Position numbers and translations under genes: made by a program. Below, piece after piece: positions 9,772 through 20,487 of a DNA stretch of 64,000 nucleotides. The number at the start of each line of letters is the position of its first letter. The stretch's first letter is position 1. Below the pieces are notes generated by a model. It worked only from the letters and a program-made list of their open reading frames with translations. It was not told where the DNA came from and ran no database searches. This DNA is from Alphaproteobacteria bacterium (GTDB lineage Bacteria > Pseudomonadota > Alphaproteobacteria > SP197): contig OZ219747.1 in NCBI GenBank assembly GCA_964291265.2, forward strand, positions 1,728,001 through 1,792,000, read 5' to 3'.

Positions 9772-12700
9772 ATGCGGATCAGGCGCCACTTCACCACCGC
9801 AGGCAAGGATGCCTATCACGGCATAGGCTTTCGCAAGGCGATGAGCGAGATCCGAAATCCCGATGGCTCGGTCGTTTTCCGGCAGGAGGGAATCGAGGTT
9901 CCCGACACCTGGTCCCAGGTCGCCTGCGACATCATTGCCCAGAAGTACTTCCGCAAGGCGGGTGTGCCCGACAGCCTGCAGGTGGTCGAGGAAGGGTCGG
10001 TTCCCGGCTGGCTCAGCCGTCGCGAAGCCGCACCGGGTGCCGGCACGACCGGTGAAACGGACAGTCGGCAGGTCTTTGACCGCATGGCCGGAACCTGGGC
10101 CTACTGGGGCTGGAAGGGCGGTTACTTCGACCGGGAAGCGGATGCGCGCACCTTCTTCGACGAGGTGCGGTTCATGCTGGCCTCGCAGGTTGCGGCGCCC
10201 AACTCACCGCAGTGGTTCAACACCGGCCTTCACTGGGCCTACGGCATCTCGGGCCCGGCGCAGGGTCACTACTACGTCAACCACGAGACGGGCCGTCTCA
10301 ACCGTTCGACCAATGCCTACGAGCGGCCCCAGCCCCACGCCTGTTTCATCCAGAGCGTGACCGACGACCTGGTCAACGAGAACGGCATCATGGACCTTTG
10401 GGTGCGGGAGGCGCGTCTCTTCAAGTTCGGATCCGGCACCGGGTCGAATTTCTCGGCCCTGAGGGGCGAGGGCGAACCGCTGTCGGGTGGCGGCCGTTCA
10501 TCGGGCCTCATGAGTTTCCTCAAGGTGGGCGACAGGGCGGCAGGGGCCATCAAGTCCGGTGGCACGACACGCCGCGCCGCCAAGATGGTGGTCGTCGACA
10601 TCGATCACCCCGATGTCGAGAACTTCATCTCCTGGAAGATGGTCGAGGAACAGAAGGTGGCGGCGCTCGTCGCCGGGTCGAAGCAGTGCCACAGGCACCT
10701 CAATGCCGTGATGCAGGCATGCCACGAGGGAGACCGTCACGACGAAACCAGGTTCAATCCGAAAGCAAATTCCTCTCTGCGCAAGGCCGTTCTGGCATGT
10801 CGCCGGGCGATGGTTCCGGAGGCCGGAATCCAGCGAGTGCTCCAGCTGGCGCGCCAGGGCTACCGCACGGTCGAGTTTCCGGTGCTGGACACGGACTGGG
10901 ATTCGGAAGCCTACAGGACCGTTTCGGGACAGAACGCCAACAATTCGGTCAGGGTGACCAACGATTTCCTCGACGCCGTCGAGGCCGACCGCAACTGGGA
11001 CCTGATACGCCGCACCGACGGCACGGTGTCGAGGTCCGTGAAGGCGCGGGATCTGTGGGACAGGATCGCCTTTGCGGCCTGGGCTTCGGCGGATCCCGGA
11101 CTCCAGTACGACACGACGATCAACGAGTGGCACACCTGCCCCGGGTCGGGACGGATCAATGCCTCCAATCCCTGTTCGGAGTACATGTTCCTCGATGACA
11201 CGGCGTGCAATCTCGCTTCCCTCAATCTCCTCAAGTTCCGGCAGGACGATGGCCGCTTCGATATCGCCGCCTTCGAGCATGCGGTCCGGTTGTGGACCAT
11301 CGTGCTGGAGATATCGGTCATGATGGCCCAGTTCCCGTCCCGGGAGATCGCCAGGCGGTCATACGACTTCCGGTCTCTGGGACTCGGCTATGCCAACCTC
11401 GGCGGTCTGCTGATGGCATCGGGCCACTCGTACGACTCCGTGGCAGGCCGGGCCTTCTGCGGCGCGGTCAGCGCCATCATGACCGGCGTCGGTTACGCCA
11501 CGAGCGCCGAGATGGCCGGCGAGCTCGGATCCTTCCCCGGCTTCGCCCGTAACCGGGACGACATGCTGCGGGTCATGCGCAACCACCGCCGGGCCGCCAT
11601 CAGCGGACAGGACAACTACGAAGGATTGTCGGTGTTGCCGGTGGCCATCGATCACGCAGCACTGCCTCTGCCCGAACTCGGTGAGGCGGCGGTCCGAGCG
11701 TGGGACGAGGCTCTCCGGCTCGGTGAACTGCACGGCTACCGCAATGCCCAGGCGACGGTGATCGCGCCGACGGGAACCATCGGCCTTGTCATGGACTGCG
11801 ACACCACGGGCATCGAACCCGACTTCGCGCTGGTGAAGTTCAAGAAGCTGGCCGGTGGCGGCTACTTCAAGATCATCAACCGGACGGTGCCGGTGGCCCT
11901 GGCTTCTCTGGGTTACGCCGAACACGAAATCACGGCGATGATCACCCACGCAGTCGGCCATGGAACGCTCGCCGGTGCGCCGTCGGTAAATCACGAGACT
12001 CTTCGCGCCAGGGGATTCACGGACGAAGTCCTGGAGAAGGTCGAAAGTTCGCTTGAGGCGGCATTCGACATCCGTTTCGTCTTCAACAGATGGACCCTCG
12101 GCGAGGACTTCTGTACCGAAACGCTGGTAATCGATGCCAAGGACCTGGACGACCCTGCCTTCGATCTCCTGGCGGCCATCGGCTTCAGCCGGGCCGACAT
12201 CGAGGCCGCCAACGGCTTCTGCTGTGGCGCCATGACCCTCGAGGGGGCACCGCACATTCGTGATGAGCATCTGGCAGTCTTCGACTGCGCCAATCCCTGC
12301 GGCCGCGAGGGCAGGCGGTTCCTGTCGACCGAAAGTCACATCAGGATGATGGCGTCCGCCCAGCCCTTCATTTCGGGCGCCATATCCAAGACGATCAACA
12401 TGCCTGCCAACGCCTCGGTCGAGGAGTGCCGCGACACCTACAAGCTCTCCTGGCGTCTCGGCCTCAAGGCCAATGCACTCTACCGCGACGGTTCGAAACT
12501 CTCGCAACCCCTGTCTGCCGTGCATCTCGGCGGTCTGGCAGAGGAACTCGAGGACGCGCAGGACCGCCCCGAGGCGATCCGCAAGGTTGTCACCACCATC
12601 GTGCGCAACGAGCGCCGGCGCCTCGACAATCGCCGCCGCGGCTATACCCAGAAGGCCATTGTCGGTGGCCACAAGGTCTACCTGAAGACCGGCGAATACG

Positions 12701-13320
12701 TCGACGGCAGTCTGGGCGAGATCTTCATCGACATGCACAAGGAAGGAGCCGCCTTCCGCAGCCTGATGAACAATTTCGCCATCGCCGTGTCGATCGGCCT
12801 GCAATACGGCGTGCCGCTCGAAGAATTCGTGGACGCCTATACCTTCACCCGCTTCGAGCCCAGCGGCATGGTCGAGGGCAACGACACGATCAAGATGTCG
12901 ACGTCCATCCTCGACTACATTTTCAGGGAACTGGCGATCAGCTATCTCGCTCGCAACGACCTCGCCCATGTCGAGCCTGGCGACCTGATGCCGGACACGG
13001 TGGGTCGCGGCGATGCCGGCGAGGAGTTCGCCGAACGTGATGACGGCATGGCCGAGGTGCAGAGCCTTCTCGAACAGGTGGCCAGCAAGGGCTACATGCG
13101 GGGCCGTCACCTCCAGGTTCTCGAAGGCGGGCGCCAGGCCGAACCGATCAGGATGGCTGCAACTCAACACGAAACGATTGCAGGCGTCACCGCAGTCGAT
13201 GCGGCACGCATGCAAGGCTATGAGGGAGACCCGTGCGAAGAATGCGGCAACCTCACGCTGGTCCGCAACGGGACCTGTCTCAAGTGCGTCACGTGTGGTG
13301 CGACAAGTGGATGCTCTTGA
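9772..13320 (+). CDS. nrdJ: Class II (B12-dependent) ribonucleotide reductase
   Basis: [29 protein letters not shown]-terminal TSCPD-type domain and CxxC ribbon ending GCS. Confidence 0.97.
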   Translation: MRIRRHFTTAGKDAYHGIGFRKAMSEIRNPDGSVVFRQEGIEVPDTWSQVACDIIAQKYFRKAGVPDSLQVVEEGSVPGWLSRREAAPGAGTTGETDSRQVFDRMAGTWAYWGWKGGYFDREADARTFFDEVRFMLASQVAAPNSPQWFNTGLHWAYGISGPAQGHYYVNHETGRLNRSTNAYERPQPHACFIQSVTDDLVNENGIMDLWVREARLFKFGSGTGSNFSALRGEGEPLSGGGRSSGLMSFLKVGDRAAGAIKSGGTTRRAAKMVVVDIDHPDVENFISWKMVEEQKVAALVAGSKQCHRHLNAVMQACHEGDRHDETRFNPKANSSLRKAVLACRRAMVPEAGIQRVLQLARQGYRTVEFPVLDTDWDSEAYRTVSGQNANNSVRVTNDFLDAVEADRNWDLIRRTDGTVSRSVKARDLWDRIAFAAWASADPGLQYDTTINEWHTCPGSGRINASNPCSEYMFLDDTACNLASLNLLKFRQDDGRFDIAAFEHAVRLWTIVLEISVMMAQFPSREIARRSYDFRSLGLGYANLGGLLMASGHSYDSVAGRAFCGAVSAIMTGVGYATSAEMAGELGSFPGFARNRDDMLRVMRNHRRAAISGQDNYEGLSVLPVAIDHAALPLPELGEAAVRAWDEALRLGELHGYRNAQATVIAPTGTIGLVMDCDTTGIEPDFALVKFKKLAGGGYFKIINRTVPVALASLGYAEHEITAMITHAVGHGTLAGAPSVNHETLRARGFTDEVLEKVESSLEAAFDIRFVFNRWTLGEDFCTETLVIDAKDLDDPAFDLLAAIGFSRADIEAANGFCCGAMTLEGAPHIRDEHLAVFDCANPCGREGRRFLSTESHIRMMASAQPFISGAISKTINMPANASVEECRDTYKLSWRLGLKANALYRDGSKLSQPLSAVHLGGLAEELEDAQDRPEAIRKVVTTIVRNERRRLDNRRRGYTQKAIVGGHKVYLKTGEYVDGSLGEIFIDMHKEGAAFRSLMNNFAIAVSIGLQYGVPLEEFVDAYTFTRFEPSGMVEGNDTIKMSTSILDYIFRELAISYLARNDLAHVEPGDLMPDTVGRGDAGEEFAERDDGMAEVQSLLEQVASKGYMRGRHLQVLEGGRQAEPIRMAATQHETIAGVTAVDAARMQGYEGDPCEECGNLTLVRNGTCLKCVTCGATSGCS

Positions 13321-13400
13321 ATCCCGTTGCAGGCGTGGGCGGTCAGGCCTGGCGATCGGCCGGCTGACTGCCTGATTTCATGGTGTGTCCTCCCCAACTT

Positions 13401-13432
13401 GGGGGGTGGGTTCCGACCTGCCCCCCTTTTTT
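13401..13432 (+). terminator. Rho-independent terminator
   Basis: GGGGGGTGGG/CCTGCCCCCC hairpin followed by T6. Confidence 0.75.
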
Positions 13433-13581
13433 GTTCCCGTGGCCCGCTTCCATCGCTCTTGGCATGGCACGGCGCTCTTTCGTCTGTTCACCGAACATCC
13501 GCTGAAAGGCAGCGCCGGTGCGGCGAGTTGTCATGGCGGTCAATCTATGCTGCACTGCACAATGACCAGTTCGGGGTGGGT

Positions 13582-14433
13582 ATGACGCCTGTACGCACCG
13601 TGGCGGCGCTGCGCCGTCAACTGGATGAATGGCGGGTGGCCGGTGACACCATCGCCCTCGTACCCACGATGGGCGCCCTGCACGATGGACACCTCGCCCT
13701 TGTTCGGGCGGCGAGGGAAGGCGCCTGTCGCGTGGTGACGAGTCTCTTCGTCAACCCCGCCCAGTTCGCCGCCGGTGAGGATTTCGCCAGCTATCCAAGG
13801 GACGAGACGGCAGACATGGAAGGCTTTCGCGCTGCCGGCGTCGATCTTGTCTATGCCCCGGGAATCGAGGACATGTACCCCCCGGGCTTTGCCACGTCTG
13901 TCACGCCAGGCGCCGCCGCACGGGGGCTCGAGGCCGATTGCCGGGAAGGCTTCTTTTCGGGCGTTGCCATCGTGGTGCTCAAGCTCTTCATGCAGACCGG
14001 CGCCGACATGGCAGTGTTCGGGGAAAAGGACTACCAGCAGCTTGTCGTCGTGAAGCAGATGGTTCGCGACCTCGATCTTCGGATTGACATCGTTGCGGTG
14101 CCCACGGTGCGCGAGGCGAACGGTCTCGCCATGTCCTCGCGCAATGCCTATCTCGGTGCGGCAGAGCGCGACCGCGCAGCCGGACTCTTCCGCATCCTGA
14201 TGGAGACGCGCGGTGTCCTTGGCGAAGGAGAACCTCCGGACATGGCGATCCGGAACGCCTCGAGGCGCCTCGAGGCCGCCTTCGATGCCGTCGACTATCT
14301 TTCGCTGCGCGATCCCGTCACCCTCGGAGTGGTCGAGTCGCGGGCCAGTGCGGCAAGGCTGCTGTCGGCGGTGCGTCTCGGAGGAACCCGGTTGATCGAC
14401 AACGTGGCGGTGATGCTGCCGGGAGGAGGCTGA
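13582..14433 (+). CDS. panC: Pantoate-beta-alanine ligase
   Basis: VPTMGALHDGH, FGEKDYQQ, GLAMSSRN, RLIDN. Confidence 0.96.
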   Translation: MTPVRTVAALRRQLDEWRVAGDTIALVPTMGALHDGHLALVRAAREGACRVVTSLFVNPAQFAAGEDFASYPRDETADMEGFRAAGVDLVYAPGIEDMYPPGFATSVTPGAAARGLEADCREGFFSGVAIVVLKLFMQTGADMAVFGEKDYQQLVVVKQMVRDLDLRIDIVAVPTVREANGLAMSSRNAYLGAAERDRAAGLFRILMETRGVLGEGEPPDMAIRNASRRLEAAFDAVDYLSLRDPVTLGVVESRASAARLLSAVRLGGTRLIDNVAVMLPGGG

Positions 14434-14437
14434 AACC

Positions 14438-15271
14438 ATGGTGCCCGGTCTTCCGGAGAAACCGGATCCACGCGGACTGCTTGGCCCCCGGGGTGGCACG
14501 CCGATCGTCGGATTGACCGCCTACACGGCGCCCATGGCCGCCAGGATCGACCGGCATGTGGATTTCATCCTGGTCGGCGATTCGGTCGCCATGGTGCTCT
14601 ACGGCATGGAGACAACGCGGACCATCGACATCGACACGATGATCCGTCATGGCCGGGCTGTCGCGAGGGCAGCCGCCAGTACCCTGGTCGTCATCGACAT
14701 GCCCTTCGGCACCTATGAGCATAACCGGGACGTGGCCCTTTCCAATGCCCGGCGCATGCTCGCGGAGACGGGCTGCGATGCCGTGAAGATGGAGGGCGGG
14801 GACAGCCTTGCCGGGACAGTCGAGGCTGCGGTGGCCGACGGCATTCCCGTGATGGGCCATGTCGGACTGATGCCGCAGCGAGCGCGGAGCGTCGCCCAGA
14901 TGCGTTCCAGGGGCCATTCGGATACCACCCGGCGGCGCATCCTGAAGGATGCCCGGGCGATTGCCCGGGCCGGAGCCTTTGCCATCGTTGTCGAGGGAGT
15001 CGTCGAGAGCGTGGCGCGCGACATCACGCAGGCCTCGTCCGTACCCGTCATCGGGATCGGGGCATCGGTCGCCTGCGACGGGCAGATCCTCGTCACCGAG
15101 GATATGACCGGCATGTTCGACACCTTCACACCGAAGTTCGTGAAGCGCTATGCCGAGGTCGGAAAGATCGTGGAGGCGGCGGTCATGGCCTATGCCTGCG
15201 ATGTCCGCAACCGCCGCTTTCCGGGCCCCGAGCACACCTTCGCCAAGCGGCCAAGGAGGACCGCGGATTGA
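14438..15271 (+). CDS. panB: 3-methyl-2-oxobutanoate hydroxymethyltransferase
   Basis: LVGDS, DMPFG, VKMEGG, GHVGLMPQ, DGQILV. Confidence 0.96.
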   Translation: MVPGLPEKPDPRGLLGPRGGTPIVGLTAYTAPMAARIDRHVDFILVGDSVAMVLYGMETTRTIDIDTMIRHGRAVARAAASTLVVIDMPFGTYEHNRDVALSNARRMLAETGCDAVKMEGGDSLAGTVEAAVADGIPVMGHVGLMPQRARSVAQMRSRGHSDTTRRRILKDARAIARAGAFAIVVEGVVESVARDITQASSVPVIGIGASVACDGQILVTEDMTGMFDTFTPKFVKRYAEVGKIVEAAVMAYACDVRNRRFPGPEHTFAKRPRRTAD

Positions 15272-15825
15272 GGAGCCGGACTGAGGAGCAGTTCCCGACC
15301 TTGACCCGCCCGACGGAAACCGGAGGACGACCGGATCCAGTCGCACTGGATCCGCATGCGGCATGACTCCAGCGCCGTCTGTCATCGATTGCCAGCACCA
15401 CGCCGGCATGGCTGGTGCAGGCCGGAGGTGCCGGGGCCGACCAGGAAGAAGGATCGCGCCCTCCTTGCAGGCCTTGCTGCGTCCCCGATGTCCGCGCTGT
15501 GGGTGCTTGTGCATCCGGCCACTCGGACCGTTGATGGCATTGAATGAACATGCAGGAAGGCGCCGAAGTCGACGGATCACGTCCGCCGCCAAGGGGCGAG
15601 GCACCCGACGGATGGTGACGGGTTCCCTCAACCCATTCGGCCTTGGCTGGCTGGCAGGTATCGCGCACGACCTCGACCGGCAGCGGGAACGGACAATCTC
15701 TGGTGCCGAACGATTCAGGGAGCGCCGGATCTCTCGTTTTGCGGGGATGCGCCAGCCGCGCCTTCTCCGCCGCGGTCCGCGTCGGCAGTTTCGAGACCGG
15801 CTCACCCTGCGGATCGTGGTCCTCC

Positions 15826-17463
15826 AGCCTCCCATCGGTGGATGTGAAGGATGTTGGCGTCCCATGCCCTGGGCTGTGCCTGCCGGCGTCTTGCCGTAGA
15901 CTGGCACGAGAAGTACGGGGTGATGAGGCTGGTTCTGGCGTACACGTATGTGGACCCCGAGCACAGCGGCGCGAGCTACCGGGCGGCGGGCTGGGAGCGC
16001 TGTGAGGAGATGACCTCGGGTCGACCTCCCGGGGCCACCGGCCCGGGCGTGCGGCGGTCCGTATGGATGAAGCCCCTGACGCCTGACTGGCGCGCCGTGC
16101 TGTGCCGGGAGCCTGAGCGTGTCATGGGCCAGGCGGCGCCCCTTGTCGGTGATGACAGGACCGACTGGGCGATGAGGGAGTACGCCCGCAGCAGCCACAG
16201 TGACGTGCGCATCCGCGAGCGCCTTGTCACCATGGGCCGGGCGTGGAACGATCGTCCCGGCGCGATCCTGCCGGTGATCTTCCCCGGCGAGGCGGAGCAG
16301 AAGGCGGCCTACCGCCTGTTGTCGAATCCGAGGGTGACGATGGAGCATATCCTTGAGGGGCACCAGGAAGCGATGGTGGAACGCTGCCGTTCGCAGCGCC
16401 TGATTCTTGCCATCCAGGACACGACGTTCTTGAATTACAATGGCTTGGAGGCGACCAAGGGTCTTGTTGACATCGGCGGCGGCGGCTCGGGCGCCCTTGG
16501 CATGGCGGCCCATGCCGGGGTTGCCTTCAGCGAAGGCGGCTCATCCCTCGGCCTGTTCCATCTCGACGCCGACTTCCGTCTCAAGCCGGATCAGAAGAAG
16601 GACGAGCCAGACGACAAGGAGAGCCGGCGCTGGCTCGACGGGTACGACAAGGCCGTGGAACTGGCCGCTGCCTGTCCTTCGACAAGGGTGTTGGTGATCT
16701 GTGACCGTGAAGGCGACATCTGGGACCTGCTGGCCCGGAGCACGGAGCACGAGGCCGGTCTGCTGGTGCGTGTCAAGCGCTCGACACGGCGCCGCGTGAT
16801 CACCGCAACGGGCGCATGCCGGGACCTTTGGGACTACATGGCCGATGAGCCGTGCATGGCGACGAAGCAGATCGACATCGCAGCCTGCGGAGGGCCGCGT
16901 CGTCGCAAGGAGCGCAAGGGCGTACGCCTCGAAGTCCGTGCGGCAAGGGTCGACCTGGCTGCGCCGGACAAGAAGCCTCAGACAACGCCGCCGCTCTCCA
17001 TGATGGCCGTGCGGGTCACGGAACCCGCCCCACCGCCAGGCCGCGATCCTCAGGACTGGATGCTTCTCACCACCGAAGGCGACGTCACCGCAGACGATGC
17101 CCTCAAGACCGTCTCCTTCTACGAGAGGCGATGGTGGATCGAAGAGTACTTCAAGGCCCTGAAGGTCGGCACCCGGATCAAGGACCGGCGCCTCAACCAG
17201 GCCGACGATCTGAGGAAGTGCCTGGCCTTCGACGCCATCACCGCATGCCGCGTCATGACCGTCGAGCGTCTCGCACGCTCAGAGCCAGCCTGAGCCCGCA
17301 AGCCGCATCGTCCACCAAGGACGAGATCACGGTCCTTGCCCATCCACAACCGGCCGACAGCGCATGTCGCGTGGATCTCCCGATCCCGAACCGACCATCG
17401 AAGCCTTGCCGTCGAGGTCGCACGCCTGGCGGGCGTCATCCCCGGAAAGCGCCAACCCCTGCC
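15826..17463 (+). pseudogene. IS4-family (Tn5/IS50-like) transposase with DUF4338-like N-terminus, frameshifted and 3'-interrupted
   Basis: KAAYRLLSN, IQDTT, KESRRW, ICDREGDI, YERRWWIEEYFKALK; frameshifts at both ends; stops abruptly at KRQPLP. Confidence 0.85.
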
Positions 17464-17496
17464 GTCGGGTAGACGATTGGCGCGTGCATCCATAAG
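17464..17496 (-). ncRNA. Group II intron 3' terminus (distal domain VI)
   Basis: Minus strand reads CTTATGGATGCACGCGCCAATCGTCTACCCGAC, a typical bulged-A and AC end; joins 39672 via CATAAG. Confidence 0.7.
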
Positions 17497-17799
17497 CCGA
17501 AGTTCCAGGGCTGATCAGGCGCAAGTATATGATATGAATGACATTCAATGGATCTCAGAGGCGTCTGACTGGGTACATTACGGCTTTACACCGAGGAGTT
17601 TGAGTGTTCTTCTCTGGAGCGGCGTGGGCCGCGTAGTGATCTGTGTCGGCGGCGATTTAGAACGGCGGGATATTGGCGGAGAACCGCTCTTTTGGGCGCT
17701 GATCGTGTGAGTGGGTGACCACGACAGGAGAACGTGCGGCATTGGACGAAGGTCCGCCCGGTCTTTGTTTTCTGCCTATTGTTGGATCCCATTGGTCTT

Positions 17800-18135
17800 G
17801 CATTGACGTTGACGATGTCGTTCCGGTCGGCGTTTTCTGGCGTTCGGCGTTTGTGGAACGTGATGTGGGAGGGGAGCTTCAGGCTTTTGCGCGTGGTTTC
17901 GTTCTGGCGTTCTCCGTCCTCGTCGTGGTTCGTCGGGCGGGACGATCTCGAGGCTGGAGAGCTGACGGTTTCTGTTGCGCTGGGCGAAGAGGCTGCGTGC
18001 GTTGCGGTTGCGGCGGCGCAGGGTGCGGCAGGCGTCGAGTGTTTTCGGGCGGATGCTGCGACCTGTGAGCCAGTCCGGCGGCGGATCGGGCGTTGCTGCG
18101 GCTCAGCGGCTGCGGCAGTCTCGTGATGCGGTGTC
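17800..18135 (-). pseudogene. Internally deleted, diverged copy of the toprim gene
   Basis: Block-wise DNA similarity to 18935-19515 (e.g. GTGGGAGGGGAGCTTCA, GTGAGCCAGTCCGG). Confidence 0.7.
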
Positions 18136-18740
18136 GTTTGGACGGCCCGGGGGTTTCCCCGGGGAGGCTGAGAAGCGCGTCGGGGTGAGACGTTCTCATT
18201 CCTGGATGGTAACGCGTGACCGCGTTCAAGGGTCTTGCGGGATCACGTATCCCTTCCGTAGCCGCGTGGCGGTTCGATGTCCTCGAGGGCCTCGATGTCG
18301 GCATCGGCGACGATCTGCAGGCGTTCTCCGTAAGGCGTGTCACGGAGGGTTTCGGGGATGCTGTCGAGGCGGTCACGCCATTCGTCCTGCAGGGTGCGGC
18401 AGGCGTTGAGTGTTTTCGGGCGGATGCTGCGACCTGTGAGCCAGCCCGGCCAGCGGCTGCGGCAGTCTCGTGATGCGGTGTCGTTTGGACGGCCCGGGGG
18501 TTTCCCGGGGAGGCTGAGAAGCGCGTCGGGGTGAGACGTTCTCATTCCTGGATGGTAACGCGTGACCGCGTTCAAGGGTCTTGCGGGATCACGTATCCCT
18601 TCCGTAGCCGCGTGGCGGTTCGATGTCCTCGAGGGCCTCGATGTCGGCATCGGCGACGCTCTGCAGGCGTTCTCCGTAAGGCGTGTCACGGAGGCTTTCG
18701 GGGATGCTGTCGAGGTGGTCACGCCATTCGTCCTGCAGGG
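18018..18740. repeat. Near-identical tandem duplication of about 350-370 bp
   Basis: Copies start at 18018 and 18389 (GCAGGGTGCGGCAGGCG); copy 2 has a short deletion; junction at GCAGGG. Confidence 0.92.
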
Positions 18741-18909
18741 CGCGCAGTTCGGCCACGGCGTCGTTCCAGCGTTGCGGTCGCGAGCGCCGGTCACGGTGCT
18801 TTGGGGTGTGGACGGGAGGGATGCCGGCCTTGCGCCGTTCCCGGTATCGCCGCTGCTTTTCGGCGGGCGTGAGGGGCATGAGTGGTCTCCTTGTGACGGA
18901 CGTGGTCAT
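18589..18909 (-). CDS. Small mobile-element-associated hypothetical protein (AEKQRRYRER...PPRGYGRD)
   Basis: ATGA coupling to the toprim stop; motif style seen in mobile-element hypothetical proteins. Confidence 0.7.
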   Translation of the reverse strand: MTTSVTRRPLMPLTPAEKQRRYRERRKAGIPPVHTPKHRDRRSRPQRWNDAVAELRALQDEWRDHLDSIPESLRDTPYGERLQSVADADIEALEDIEPPRGYGRDT

Positions 18910-19799
18910 GATCTCGCTTGTGGTTCTTTGGTCCTGGCGTTGACGACGTCGTTCCAGTCGGCGTTTTCCGGCGGTCTGCGTCTGTGGAACGAGACGTGGG
19001 AGGGGAGCTTCATCTTTTTGCGCAGGGTTTCGGCCTGTCGCTCTCCGGCCTCGTCGTGGTCCTGGGCGAGGACGATGGTCCTGACGTTGGGCAGGCTGCT
19101 TGCGGCGAGGCTGATCTGTTCGTGCTGTCTTCGCGAGGGTGCCCCGGCGGTGGAGAGGAAGGCGTGGCTGGGGGGACATTGGTCGATCTGGGCCAGGCTG
19201 AGGGCGTCGACGGCGCTTTCGGTGATGACGAGGGCCTCGAGGTCCGCGGCGGTTCCGGCGCGGACGGCGAACAGGCTTCGGGTTCCACCGGTGGCGAAGC
19301 GTTTCGGTCCGTCGGGGGGACCGATCTCGAAGCCGGTGAGCTTTCGCTTCCTGTTGCGATGGGCGAAGAGGACGCGTCCGTTGTGGTCGCGGCGGACCAG
19401 GGGGCGGCAGGTGTCGAGGGTCTCCGGGAGGATGCCGCGCCCGGTGAGCCAGTCCGGGGCCGCATCGGGCGTTGCCGCGGCCCAGAGGCTGCGGAAGTCG
19501 CGTGGCGCGGTGTCGGGTGCTGCGAAGCGGGTGCAGATGTCGGCGAAGGCCAGTCCGCGGTTGAGCATGAAGTCGATGACGGTTCCGTTGTCTTCATCGT
19601 TCTGGGTGTTGAAGTAGACCCAGTGTCCGTTGTTGAGGCACTTCGTGACGAGCTTCGGCAGGCCGGGTGCGCACAGGACGGGGTTGGCGCGTGTCGAGGC
19701 CTGTTCGTCGCGGACGTATCCCCAGTCGGCGGCGATGCGTTCGAACGGCATGCGCTTGACGGCGTCGAAGTCGACGCGGCGGGGTTTATCGGGTTTCAC
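18906..19799 (-). CDS. DUF3991/toprim (primase-like) domain protein
   Basis: DNGTVIDF, WLTGRGI, ITESAVDALS, LAQDHDEAGE, DWND. Confidence 0.82.
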   Translation of the reverse strand: MKPDKPRRVDFDAVKRMPFERIAADWGYVRDEQASTRANPVLCAPGLPKLVTKCLNNGHWVYFNTQNDEDNGTVIDFMLNRGLAFADICTRFAAPDTAPRDFRSLWAAATPDAAPDWLTGRGILPETLDTCRPLVRRDHNGRVLFAHRNRKRKLTGFEIGPPDGPKRFATGGTRSLFAVRAGTAADLEALVITESAVDALSLAQIDQCPPSHAFLSTAGAPSRRQHEQISLAASSLPNVRTIVLAQDHDEAGERQAETLRKKMKLPSHVSFHRRRPPENADWNDVVNARTKEPQARS

Positions 19800-20487
19800 G
19801 CCTGAGCCGCCAGGAGTCGCTGTCGATGGAGATGAGGGTTGCGTCGTGCATGAGCCGGTCGACGGTGCCGGCGATGCCGGAGGCGCTGGGGAAGACGCGG
19901 TCCCACTGGGCGAAGGCGAGGCTTGTCGTGACCATGGTCGAGCGGCGCTGATAGCGCCGCGAGACGATGGCGTAGAGGATGTCGGCATGGTGGCTTTCGA
20001 GGGTCACGTAGCCGATTTCGTCGAGGATGAGCAGGCGGGGCCTGGCGAGGATCGCGAGGCGGCGGCGCAGCTCGCTGCGCGAGACGGTCTCGGCGAGTGC
20101 CTCGAGCAGTTCCGGCGCCTTCTCGAAGCGGACGGTGTGGCCGTGCAGCAGGGCCTGGTGCGCCACGTTGGCGGCGATCATGGTCTTTCCGGTGCCCTGC
20201 CCGCCGACGAGCACGGCGTTGTCCGCACGGTCGACGAAGCCGAGGCCGAGGAGCGCTTCGACATGAGCCCGGCTGATGTCGCGCGGCCATGTCCAGTCGA
20301 AGTCCGCCAGGGGCTTGAAGGCGGGCAGCCGCGCCGCGGCGCGGCGGCGCTCGTGGCTGCGGGCCCTGCGGGCCTGTTCCTCGCCGCTGACCACCTCCTC
20401 GATCCATGCGGTCCCGGCGACCTCGTCCCAGCGTTCGACGAGCCCGTGGAGGCCGAGCGCCCGGGCACGCTCCCTGAGCTCGCTCAT
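19786..20487 (-). CDS. istB: IS21 helper ATPase
   Basis: DFDWTWPR, GGQGTGKT Walker A, LLILDEIGY Walker B, VDRLMH; ATGA overlap with istA. Confidence 0.92.
   Translation of the reverse strand: MSELRERARALGLHGLVERWDEVAGTAWIEEVVSGEEQARRARSHERRRAAARLPAFKPLADFDWTWPRDISRAHVEALLGLGFVDRADNAVLVGGQGTGKTMIAANVAHQALLHGHTVRFEKAPELLEALAETVSRSELRRRLAILARPRLLILDEIGYVTLESHHADILYAIVSRRYQRRSTMVTTSLAFAQWDRVFPSASGIAGTVDRLMHDATLISIDSDSWRLRRETR

Noticed and set aside
15300-15825. Possible gene fragment between panB and the IS4 remnant
   Set aside because: No motif recognised with confidence
18018-18740. Possible CRISPR or regular array
   Set aside because: Only two long copies with no repeat-spacer periodicity; no cas genes in the window
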